A stretch of DNA of 32,000 nucleotides from Candidatus Hermodarchaeota archaeon (GTDB lineage Archaea > Asgardarchaeota > Heimdallarchaeia > Hodarchaeales > Hodarchaeaceae). The DNA lies in contig JBHLKY010000015.1 in assembly GCA_048886185.1 (NCBI GenBank), positions 30,001 to 62,000 on the forward strand. Reading direction: 5' to 3'. The translations under genes and the position numbers were made by a program. Shown piece after piece: positions 23,830 to 32,000 of this stretch; position 1 is the stretch's first letter, and the number at the start of each line of letters is the position of its first letter. A model generated the notes under the pieces. That model was given only the letters and a program-made list of their open reading frames with translations. It was not told where the DNA came from and did no database searches.

Positions 23830-24225
23830 TTAACAATGATCTTGAATATTAATGGTAAACCGCTCAAGATCTTCAATTTCATTGATTCTATATGCCCTGC
23901 AAAATTTATAAAGCAGTTGTCTGGCATAGGTATCGATTTTACCATGTCCTTTCCTATGTTGTATCTCCTTTTTTAGGATTTTACGTAATTGTTTTCCTTT
24001 TTGATCAAAATCTGTCAATATCACAATGATTGGAGCGTTAAAAACCATATCAATCAATTCATTCAGAGGGAGTTGTCCTTTTTCAATAATTTTCCCTGTC
24101 AATCCTAATGAACGTAGAGACTGGGTATCCCTTTTTCCTTCGACAATAAAAAGAGCTGAATTATCAAGGTCATTACAGTATTGGATAAATTCTGTAAGCA
24201 TTAGTTGAAGTTCAGGTTCTAGCAC
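23830..24225 (-). CDS. Stand-alone Toprim-domain protein (small archaeal primase/RNase M5-like family)
   Basis: FIVEGKRD and ILTDFDQKG (E...DxD) Toprim motifs. Confidence 0.85.
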   Translation of the reverse strand: MLEPELQLMLTEFIQYCNDLDNSALFIVEGKRDTQSLRSLGLTGKIIEKGQLPLNELIDMVFNAPIIVILTDFDQKGKQLRKILKKEIQHRKGHGKIDTYARQLLYKFCRAYRINEIEDLERFTINIQDHC

Positions 24226-24297
24226 CTAATCCACACTTATCTATATATTTGAAAAATTTCTAGATTGAATTACGTTGATCATGCTTTCCTTTTGAGG

Positions 24298-25587
24298 TCA
24301 AGTTTCTTCTGCCGCTTGTTTCTTCATCTTGACGACCATTTGAAAATTCTGTGCTAGTGAATCGTAAAAATCAACGAGCATCTCCAAATCATCAGCCATT
24401 AGTGATCCACCTCGACCAATTTCACCTATACGGCGAAGCATCAGCCTATCAGCCTCTCCTAGGCCAATTGCGTAGAGAACTGCTTCAGGAATTTTTTCTA
24501 TTTTGTTACGAACGACAGGAATAGGATTTACTCCGAGGCCATTACCTTTATTGGGATTCCCATCAGTTAAAACTACAATCATTGTAGGATTACGTTTACC
24601 TATTGTTGAATTTACTTCGAAATTTTCTATACTATTATAAGCCTCATCGAGCGCTCCACTTAAGAAGGTAAGACCAGAGCTTTCAGCTGTTTTCTGAACG
24701 ACATGCCCAATAATGCTTTCAATTCCAGCTTTTTTAGTTTCTCCAACACAAGAAATAACTTGGGAGTCTCCTAAAGAAAATTTTTCGACATTTCCAGAAA
24801 ATGTTATGAGTTGTACTTGCTCTCCCCACCCCTTTGCGATTTTGAGGCTCATGAACAGCATGATTGCAAAACTTGCTGCATCTACTCGACTTACTTTCTT
24901 TCCCTCTTCAAATCTTCCAAGAAAGGCACTTAATTCATCTGTTTCCTCTAATCCCTTCCTCAGTCCTTCAAGAGCGCCACTAATGTTTTGTACTTTCATA
25001 TCTTTTTTTTGCATACTCCCACTCACATCTAAAACAAGAACTGCATTGAAGCTCATCTCCGTGAACGGAATGATATTAATCTCAACTTCTCTGCCTGTTG
25101 GATCCACAATCCCAATCTCACCTTCTTGAATGGGGGGTTCAGAACCCATAAATCGGACTGTTATACTGCCAATCGGACAGTCTTCCCATGCAATCTGTAA
25201 TCCATTAAATACTGGACGATTACGAAGTATAATCGATAATTCTTCAAATTCCGTAGCAATCCACAAGATTGCCTCCTCGACTTCTTGACCAGCTAGAGGT
25301 TCTATACCGAGCTTAATCGATTTAATACCGGCAGCAATTTTTGCTGGTTCCACCTCACAGGTATCACCATCTGAAATATTAGCTGAATTTAGCACACTTT
25401 CATCAACAGCTATAGTTCCTTTGGCAACTTCATCAGATGATAAGATTTGAACAGCTCCCCAGTCTTCCCACTCTGTTGAAATTTTAACAAAATCAAATTC
25501 TTCAATACCAATACTACTAATGTCAGATGGGTGCAAATATGCACGACCTTCGATTTTCCCTACATTTACGACATTCAGTTTAACCAT
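24298..25587 (-). CDS. Cdc48/VAT N-domain (double-psi barrel plus N2 subdomain) fused to a vWA domain; no AAA ATPase
   Basis: N-terminal GRAYLHPSDISSIGIEEFDFVKI...GTIAVDESVLNSANISDGDTCEVEP...IKSIKLGIEP resembles CDC48_N; vWA motifs LVLDVSGSM, TFLSGAL, VVLTDG, AIGLG, IGRGG. Confidence 0.75.
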   Translation of the reverse strand: MVKLNVVNVGKIEGRAYLHPSDISSIGIEEFDFVKISTEWEDWGAVQILSSDEVAKGTIAVDESVLNSANISDGDTCEVEPAKIAAGIKSIKLGIEPLAGQEVEEAILWIATEFEELSIILRNRPVFNGLQIAWEDCPIGSITVRFMGSEPPIQEGEIGIVDPTGREVEINIIPFTEMSFNAVLVLDVSGSMQKKDMKVQNISGALEGLRKGLEETDELSAFLGRFEEGKKVSRVDAASFAIMLFMSLKIAKGWGEQVQLITFSGNVEKFSLGDSQVISCVGETKKAGIESIIGHVVQKTAESSGLTFLSGALDEAYNSIENFEVNSTIGKRNPTMIVVLTDGNPNKGNGLGVNPIPVVRNKIEKIPEAVLYAIGLGEADRLMLRRIGEIGRGGSLMADDLEMLVDFYDSLAQNFQMVVKMKKQAAEET

Positions 25588-25709
25588 AACTAAGCCTCTT
25601 TAAATTTCATTAATATTTGAATTATTTAATCCTTAACTAACAGTATTCTGTATCAAGATTCTTAATCCTTTTTAAGCTAATTTAATTCCGTTTAATTTTT
25701 ATTGTTCAA

Positions 25710-28679
25710 TTATAACATTAAATCAAGTCTCTCTTCATATGTAGCTGGCTGTTCACCTTTTGTTTGGACTCCAATTGGATCAGAAATGAGATCTAGTGGG
25801 ATTTGTCCCATTTCATTTCGTATTTCCACATCAAAATAAAGATAACCACAATCTTTTGGTGTTTTAAACTTAATATTTGGGATAATAAATTCATCCCCCG
25901 CATCGATATCTCTTTTAATTTGAAAATTTGCTAGTCGCTTTGTTTGTCCCCCAGGGAGGGTATTTACATTAATTATTATAGTTGCGTAAGGCATTGATTT
26001 TATAAAATGAAAAACAAAGTTCACTTCATACTGTTTTTTTGGCTCCACACCTTCCCAGAGATTCGTCTTTTTTGTTGGGTCTACTGTAAAATTCCAATCA
26101 ACACATATTTCCTTAAGCGGCTTGATCGGGCCTATTGTCTTAAATGACCTATTCTTCTTAAATCGTCCGATCGTGGTTTGAGATACAATGTAAAAAGGAG
26201 TATGTTGGTAATTTATTAATAAATCAATACTCCGGGCTAATTCTAGATTTTCTTTTGGTTTCAAGTTAAATTTAGTATAATATATTGGGACTGGATCTGT
26301 TAAAGTTTGAGTTACGAGAAATACTTCTAGTTCTCCCTTTTCTGAGTCTTTTGATTCGTTGATTGCCTGAAAGATACATTCTACAAGACCATAATTCCCT
26401 GTTACATAAAATTCTTTCGGATTTATTGCTATTTCATCTTTTCGTGTCAAAGTGAATGAGAAGTTTTTTGGAAATAAATTTTCATTTGTTGCTGTAACAG
26501 CCTCCACATCAACTGTTATTTCCCCATATAATTCACCAAGATTAATTGAACATGGAATTTTGGTCATCCCTCTTTCTTCGAGACTTGCTATGTCTATTAA
26601 AGTATTTATCTTAGACTCCACATTATTATCTTTTTCTTTTGCGTTAAATATTAAAGTGACGGGATTATTTCGAAATTTATACATAGCTCGTCTAGTATCG
26701 CGAAAACTAAGTTCAATATATCCAAATACTTCAGATCCAGAAATTAATGCAGGAAAGATTACAGAAACTTTTTTTGGGGAAGGTTTGAAAGCTATACGTT
26801 CTTTTTTGAGGTGTTCGATGAAAAACTTTCGTCTTCTCACTTCTATTTCTTTGCGTCGTGTTCTCATTACATTTGCTATTTTTGATTCAATTTTTTGGTA
26901 TTTAGCTTCAACTTCTATTGTTGGTGAGAAAACCTCAAGATCTTCACTTTCTTCAAAAGCAGATATTTTGATTTCTTCCTTTAATACGTCAACAGGGGGT
27001 GCAGCTAGTTTAGAAACAGTAATATCACTTTTTGCTACTTTCTGTGCTGGCTTAGTTAAAACAGGTGGTTTTTTCACTTCTACTGTGGGTAATATGGCAG
27101 AAGTCTCAACTTTTCTTTTCTTTGGTATTATTCGGGGTACTTCCTTTTTTGATGATTTTGTGGGAGGTTTTTTCTTAGGTTTTTCAGGTACTTTTAGGAC
27201 TGATATTTTCCTCTTAATCAAATCCTCACGTAATGACTGCTGGAGTGCTGATTCTATAGTCTCTATTTCAGTTGAATCCTTTATTTCAACTTGTTGAAGT
27301 GATGAATAATCACCATCAACAATCAATGGGTAACTATTCTCCTTACTGTAAAACAAATTTGGTAAGAATGAAATAGTTTCATCAGATGTTTTGTATAAAG
27401 AAAGTAGGTACTCTGCTACAGTAAGAGGGGGATCATAATCACTGGAGCCAAGAATAGGTAATAATAAATAATTCACCAGCTCCGAATTAAATCCCTCGAG
27501 CTCCTGCTTAACATAAACTAGTAATGATTTTATGGAATGCATCAATTTTGACGCTTTTTTTCCAGTTGTAATATCATAATTGTAAAATTTGGAGAAATTC
27601 CCGGCTAGACTGTCATCAGTGGTAAATTGAGCGAGTAAGCCAAATTGCACAGATTTTCTTCTGTTTTCATAAAGACATCGTGATGCAACTTTTGGGACTT
27701 CTTCATTATTATTAATTAAATTATTAGTTTTCTGTGCAAGAGCTTGAATCAAAAGTACAATTGCCAAGCGGATCTCAGACCAAGGTTGGGCGTCGAAGAA
27801 ACGAATTTCTATTGTGGAGTAATCAGTAAAAGGATATAAATCGACCATTCGGTCGTCTGGAGGAATTTTTCTTACTGATTTGGCGAAATCCATTCTGGTA
27901 GACTTATTGTCTAAGGCTGGTAGATAAGAGGGTATGTTTGGCCCCATTTGACCGCTATTTTTCAGTAATCGGTACGAATGAACACATCTTGCAATAATTT
28001 GCTCTTTCCTGTTGCTTTTTCGAATTAGAACCTCACCGCTTGGTTTTTTATCTAAAAATGGAGAGGTAGTACTAAGCGCAATTAAATGGGGAACATAATT
28101 TCTAAGCATATTGTAGATTGGAATACGTATTTGCTTACTCATCCCAATATGATGATGCTCTCCACAGGTTAATCCACTTCTTACTCTTTTTTCTGTTGGA
28201 TTTAATCCAATTGGGAGTAATGCAACATCAGGGGGAAGGCCTTGAAGGCCTGCAGCAAATAATGTACTAATCCACCAATCCAATTCTTCTAAATATTCAC
28301 ATGGAGGGGTTACCAGCTCAAGTAACCATGTAATTTGCCCAATATTAGGATCAGGACCAAACGCGTTAACTCGGATGATATTTTTCCCGAGCCTATAGTT
28401 TATAAAAATAAATTTTAGGCGTCTTTCTCTTTTAATCTCCTCTTTAACTTCAATTTTGTCGATTTTTTTTAAAATTTCTTTGGGAACGTGCTTATCTTTC
28501 TTCAATTTCTGTAAAAATTCTGCTGCAGCTGAAAACATCTTATCCCATGCGTTAAGAAGTTCGTCACCAACTACTACTTCACCCGTTTTTCGGGATACTA
28601 AATGATTTTCTATTTCGATTCCATGGGTGAAATATAATTTTGTATTCATTGAATAGTCTTTAGCAGTCATGCGAATCAC
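25710..28679 (-). CDS. Glutamate-cysteine-ligase family 2 (GCS2/YbdK-like) carboxylate-amine ligase with a Lys/Pro-rich linker and a beta-rich C-terminal region; true start probably ATG 28670
   Basis: THGIEIENHL, LELVTPP, PIGLNP, TCGEHHHIG, ALSTTSPF, DLYP...TIEIRFFDAQ, ENRRKSVQFG; GGTGA SD at 28676-28680 overlaps the upstream stop. Confidence 0.75.
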   Translation of the reverse strand: MIRMTAKDYSMNTKLYFTHGIEIENHLVSRKTGEVVVGDELLNAWDKMFSAAAEFLQKLKKDKHVPKEILKKIDKIEVKEEIKRERRLKFIFINYRLGKNIIRVNAFGPDPNIGQITWLLELVTPPCEYLEELDWWISTLFAAGLQGLPPDVALLPIGLNPTEKRVRSGLTCGEHHHIGMSKQIRIPIYNMLRNYVPHLIALSTTSPFLDKKPSGEVLIRKSNRKEQIIARCVHSYRLLKNSGQMGPNIPSYLPALDNKSTRMDFAKSVRKIPPDDRMVDLYPFTDYSTIEIRFFDAQPWSEIRLAIVLLIQALAQKTNNLINNNEEVPKVASRCLYENRRKSVQFGLLAQFTTDDSLAGNFSKFYNYDITTGKKASKLMHSIKSLLVYVKQELEGFNSELVNYLLLPILGSSDYDPPLTVAEYLLSLYKTSDETISFLPNLFYSKENSYPLIVDGDYSSLQQVEIKDSTEIETIESALQQSLREDLIKRKISVLKVPEKPKKKPPTKSSKKEVPRIIPKKRKVETSAILPTVEVKKPPVLTKPAQKVAKSDITVSKLAAPPVDVLKEEIKISAFEESEDLEVFSPTIEVEAKYQKIESKIANVMRTRRKEIEVRRRKFFIEHLKKERIAFKPSPKKVSVIFPALISGSEVFGYIELSFRDTRRAMYKFRNNPVTLIFNAKEKDNNVESKINTLIDIASLEERGMTKIPCSINLGELYGEITVDVEAVTATNENLFPKNFSFTLTRKDEIAINPKEFYVTGNYGLVECIFQAINESKDSEKGELEVFLVTQTLTDPVPIYYTKFNLKPKENLELARSIDLLINYQHTPFYIVSQTTIGRFKKNRSFKTIGPIKPLKEICVDWNFTVDPTKKTNLWEGVEPKKQYEVNFVFHFIKSMPYATIIINVNTLPGGQTKRLANFQIKRDIDAGDEFIIPNIKFKTPKDCGYLYFDVEIRNEMGQIPLDLISDPIGVQTKGEQPATYEERLDLML

Positions 28680-30067
28680 CCATTAAACAACTCAAGAAAT
28701 GTTTTTTCTTTTAAACGTGGTCTTTTTCTTCGCGATTTAGAGAATAATTCAACAGGCTTTAACAATTTGATGGATAAATCATTAATTCTATCGACATTTG
28801 ATATTGGATTAAGATTGATATTTTGATATTCATTCTTTGTCTCAAGGGTGTAAGATATCCTTTGATCTAATTTACCAACCGTTAGAACTTGAATTGATAG
28901 ATCTTTATTACATGGTTTAGCAAGATCCAGACTTCCAATATTATTCTCTTTTGTTAATAATTCTTTTAGATTTGATTGTAAGACTGATAAGGTTGTTGAA
29001 TACCCTTTTGAGCTTTTTTTCGTCGAAGAACTGTCCTTTGTAAACCATAAAGGAGGGATAATTCCTAGAGCATTAGCACCAAGTATTTTTGCTGCCAAAG
29101 TTAATATTTCAGTATCTGACCCATTATTTTCTGCAAGCTCTTTGAATTTCCATGATAATAAAAAAGTAATGAAATCCGCTGCTTGTAAGACACCAAAATA
29201 GTTTGAATCTGTACCAAAAAGTATTTTCTGTTCCCATCCATTTACATTTACAATATTTTTGAAAAAAATCTCTATGTCTTTACCCCTCATCCCTGATGTT
29301 TCCGCAAACATATTATTTTTTGATAAACATTCAAAAATTTCTTCCGAGTTATAATCAAAAGCAGAGTGACCTAAGATAACATTTATAGGAAAATCAACTT
29401 CTTGTCGTGCTTCTTCGGCAATTGCGGTGATATCAACAGCTACCCCCTTATTAGGTACATCAAAGATAATTGGTATAGATAAATTACCAGCTATTCGTAA
29501 AACATCTTTGCAATCAGGTGAAATAATCTTCTCAATCCAACCTTGAGACATTGGGTGAAGTTTTAATCCTCTCATTCCTGAACTAATAGAGTTCTTAACT
29601 TCTTCAGCAGCTCCTTCATCTGTTACATCTATCCTACAAAACGGAATAAATCGAAAAGAAAAGTCAAAGGTCTGAGTTTGATGCCGCACATATTGATTAC
29701 TTTTAATAAATTTTGGAGATGTCTTTGTATGAAAAATGTCGTTGAAAGGAAAGCAAACAATATGATCTACGATCCATCCTCGGCTTTTTGTGCCATTTAA
29801 TTCTAATAACTTTTGTACAACAGGGAGTAAAGGTCTTGAAAGTTCTTCTGCTTTAGGAAGAGTAACGAAATATTCTGACTGGTTCTGTGAAATACGTCTA
29901 TGTATTTCGTACTGCAATTTTTCATAAAGATTGATTATATCTTGAGGGCGATTTACTCTTTGAGAGGCTCCTTTAGTAGTTTCAATCTTGACTCTACCTA
30001 TATGAGTGTGAAAATCAACAAGAGGAAGATGAAATGGTGAACCCTGTTCGTCTAAAACAACAATCAT
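28676..30067 (-). CDS. Metal-dependent amidohydrolase (Amidohydro_2 TIM barrel) with an insertion and a C-terminal extra domain
   Basis: VDFHTHIG, GLKLHP, VILGHS, AETSG, ILFGTDS metal-binding motifs. Confidence 0.85.
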   Translation of the reverse strand: MIVVLDEQGSPFHLPLVDFHTHIGRVKIETTKGASQRVNRPQDIINLYEKLQYEIHRRISQNQSEYFVTLPKAEELSRPLLPVVQKLLELNGTKSRGWIVDHIVCFPFNDIFHTKTSPKFIKSNQYVRHQTQTFDFSFRFIPFCRIDVTDEGAAEEVKNSISSGMRGLKLHPMSQGWIEKIISPDCKDVLRIAGNLSIPIIFDVPNKGVAVDITAIAEEARQEVDFPINVILGHSAFDYNSEEIFECLSKNNMFAETSGMRGKDIEIFFKNIVNVNGWEQKILFGTDSNYFGVLQAADFITFLLSWKFKELAENNGSDTEILTLAAKILGANALGIIPPLWFTKDSSSTKKSSKGYSTTLSVLQSNLKELLTKENNIGSLDLAKPCNKDLSIQVLTVGKLDQRISYTLETKNEYQNINLNPISNVDRINDLSIKLLKPVELFSKSRRKRPRLKEKTFLELFNG

Positions 30068-30227
30068 GTTGTATCACAGCCTGCTTTACATCATCCAAAT
30101 AGAATTAGGACAGCAATAGTCAATTAACCGATAATTAATTAAATTTATCGAAGTTATAAACTTAAGAATTTATTGTCATTTAGATTAAAACTATTCCTAG
30201 GATAAATAGTGATGATTTCTATTTTGA

Positions 30228-31184
30228 TTAAGTTATTCTATACAAATTCTTAAAAAAGAGACGTGCTTGACGTATCAATACAACCCACGGATGTTCTTCT
30301 GTATTGACATTTTTTGTTAAAAATGATTGGAAAATGGACTGATCGATTGATAACTGTTTAATCATTAAGGCTATAACAGGTAGAATAAATACTCCCAAAG
30401 ATGACAATCGATAGAATTGCGTTTTATCTAGTTGTTCAACTAAAATAAGAGGACTTAATTTATTAAGATTACTGGTTATTGAACTTTCGAAATGACTGGC
30501 TATATCATCTTTTGAAATACCAATATTTAGATTTAGGTGATCCCAAAGTATTTCTTCTAAAATTTTGAACGTGTCAATACCCCCCTTACCACTAAAGGTT
30601 TTATTGATGTCGAGATCCAGCGGTTTACTCATCCTGATTGTTTTTGGTTCTTTTCCACTTTTTAAAGATGTCCAGAATTTTTCTGTTATTTTATTACTTT
30701 CGATCAGTGAATTGTTCAAGAATCTGACAAGGTTATCCTCACGATCACCAGAAATATATCCCACAAACATCAACTTATCCCACTCTACCCCATGCATTGG
30801 ATCTTTTATAATGTACATTATGAGAATATATAATAAGGCAATAAGACCCAAATGACTAATGGAATGGAACGAAACTTTAGTTGAACTGATCATTTTAACG
30901 CTTTCACGTTCAAGAATGTTGACATTGATTAAATAAGTTATCAATCTACGAACTTTTGCGGGAGTTGCTTCTGTTTCTTTTCCTAAAAGTGCTGAGAAGA
31001 TATCTGTTATTCCTTGAACTGTATTCTGGTCAGCTCTTTGGCCTAGATATACGGCTATCAAACAGAGGGCTCGGTCATAGTTCTCTAAAACTGCAAGGGT
31101 CTCGACAAGCTTTGAAAAGGGATCTTCTTCGGACGTCATAACATCTGATCCATATATTTCCTGGAATTTTATTGTCCTTCCCAA
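30228..31184 (-). CDS. Hypothetical protein with two winged-helix-like segments; start may be ATG 31139
   Basis: TPAKVRRLITYLINVNILERE...FHSISHLG and SKDDIASHF...NLNKLSPLILVE...FYRLSSLG both end in a wing-type [YH]-x-[LI]-S-x-x-G. Confidence 0.5.
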   Translation of the reverse strand: MGRTIKFQEIYGSDVMTSEEDPFSKLVETLAVLENYDRALCLIAVYLGQRADQNTVQGITDIFSALLGKETEATPAKVRRLITYLINVNILERESVKMISSTKVSFHSISHLGLIALLYILIMYIIKDPMHGVEWDKLMFVGYISGDREDNLVRFLNNSLIESNKITEKFWTSLKSGKEPKTIRMSKPLDLDINKTFSGKGGIDTFKILEEILWDHLNLNIGISKDDIASHFESSITSNLNKLSPLILVEQLDKTQFYRLSSLGVFILPVIALMIKQLSIDQSIFQSFLTKNVNTEEHPWVVLIRQARLFFKNLYRIT

Positions 31185-31795
31185 ACATCAAACGCTGAAG
31201 CATCACGATCAAAATCACATAGACTTAAGATACCATTCAAACAATTTTCTTGGTATTCTTTGAATTCTTCTCCTGTTGATCGTAATGCTACAGTAGGGAA
31301 TATGGCTTTTATCAATTTCCTCTGTTCATCAATGAAGAAGGACTTTACTTCTTCCTCATATTCTTTAAGATTCTTTGCAGCTAAATCATATTTATTTAGA
31401 TATATTACAACTGCTTTTGTAGGTATTTCAAATGTTCGGTAAAATTCGAGCTGAGATTGAAGAGGTTCACTTAAGTCGAACATACAAAGGAATCGGTTAG
31501 CGTTTCGCAAGACGTAAACACGGTAATAATCAGTTATCGGTGTTTGATGTCCTCCTGTGCCATAAAGGACGTGAATGAAGCCTTTTGAAGTGAAACGGAT
31601 AAAATCAACAGTTTGTGTTGTATACATTTCTGGTCCTCCAGGAGCGCCTGCGATGATCTTTTCATCAGAACTAGCTAAAGAATTCATAAAAGAAACGAAG
31701 ACAGATGTTTTTCCGCAATTCATTGTACCTAAAATACCGATGTTGACCAATGTTCGACCTATCCTTATGGGATTTCTGTTCAGAAGTAAATCCAT
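31169..31795 (-). CDS. Small Ras-like GTPase of MglA/CvnD (ATP_bind_1) type
   Basis: G1 GTMNCGKT, G2 TTQTVDF, G3 YGTGGH, G4 NKYD, G5 TVAL. Confidence 0.85.
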   Translation of the reverse strand: MDLLLNRNPIRIGRTLVNIGILGTMNCGKTSVFVSFMNSLASSDEKIIAGAPGGPEMYTTQTVDFIRFTSKGFIHVLYGTGGHQTPITDYYRVYVLRNANRFLCMFDLSEPLQSQLEFYRTFEIPTKAVVIYLNKYDLAAKNLKEYEEEVKSFFIDEQRKLIKAIFPTVALRSTGEEFKEYQENCLNGILSLCDFDRDASAFDVWEGQ

Positions 31796-32000
31796 TGAAT
31801 TAGTTAATAATAGTATCTAGTAAGCTTTAGAAATTAGAGTTTTTTCAATTATTTTCGCATTAATTAAAAGCAATTTTTTAATATATCATATGATCAATAA
31901 AGCCATGTTGATAAAGTTTATTTAATTACTTACTTTGTGGTTTTTCGGATTACTGACTACTAAATCTGATTAATTATTATTTAATATTTCCAATGTGGTA

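Noticed and set aside
26452-27297. 281-aa + strand ORF
   Set aside because: Entirely antisense to the GCS2 ligase gene; its Phe/Ser/Ile-rich composition mirrors the Lys/Glu codons on the coding strand; no motifs
30228-31184. ESCRT-II (Vps22/36/25) assignment for the tandem winged-helix protein
   Set aside because: No recognisable EAP30/Vps25 motifs and no ESCRT neighbours in the window; kept only as a structural hypothesis to test
31169-31795. GPN-loop GTPase or true Rab/Arf assignment
   Set aside because: No GPN motif, no WDTAGQ-type G3 and no C-terminal prenylation Cys motif
1435-31820. The other short track ORFs nested in or antisense to longer genes (for example 1435-1677, 4054-4251, 8445-8699, 13258-13662, 14879-15223, 17633-17956, 18521-18775, 23365-23748, 24713-25129, 30565-30855)
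   Set aside because: Shadow frames overlapping well-supported genes, with no recognisable motifs or SD sites
1-32000. tRNA, rRNA, CRISPR arrays, IS elements or prophage genes
   Set aside because: All intergenic gaps are short and AT-rich, with no GC-rich stems, regularly spaced repeats, terminal inverted repeats, or transposase/integrase motifs seen by eye

Overview
AT-rich, gene-dense archaeal window. GGTGA/GAGG Shine-Dalgarno motifs, TATA-like boxes, a crenarchaeal/hSSB1-type SSB, an MglA-like small GTPase and a large alpha-solenoid protein suggest an Asgard archaeon (Heimdallarchaeia-like); this taxonomy is inference only. I saw no rRNA, tRNA, CRISPR array, transposase or integrase. There are about 23 protein-coding genes. 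Left half: partial dnaJ, thioredoxin, a membrane protein, SSB, a DegT-aminotransferase/Gfo-Idh-MocA dehydrogenase fusion and an M29 aminopeptidase. These are followed by the top finding: a tungsten aldehyde:ferredoxin oxidoreductase fused in frame to a 3-hexulose-6-phosphate synthase (AOR-HPS). It is translationally coupled to a MoaD-like protein with a C-terminal extension past its GG, and it converges on a tandem-SIS 6-phospho-3-hexuloisomerase. Together these form a candidate reverse-RuMP module with a built-in formaldehyde-oxidising sink. Nearby are a bacterial-type pfkA, a glucan phosphorylase and a GPH sugar transporter. Right half: an 1159-aa helical-repeat protein, a small protein with a MinD-like membrane-targeting tail, tdh and a Toprim protein. 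A co-oriented run then encodes a small GTPase, a tandem winged-helix protein, an amidohydrolase, a 989-aa GCS2-type carboxylate-amine ligase with extra domains, and a Cdc48-N-domain/vWA fusion lacking an AAA module. This run is a second candidate undescribed system. All family calls come from motif recognition by eye; no searches were run.
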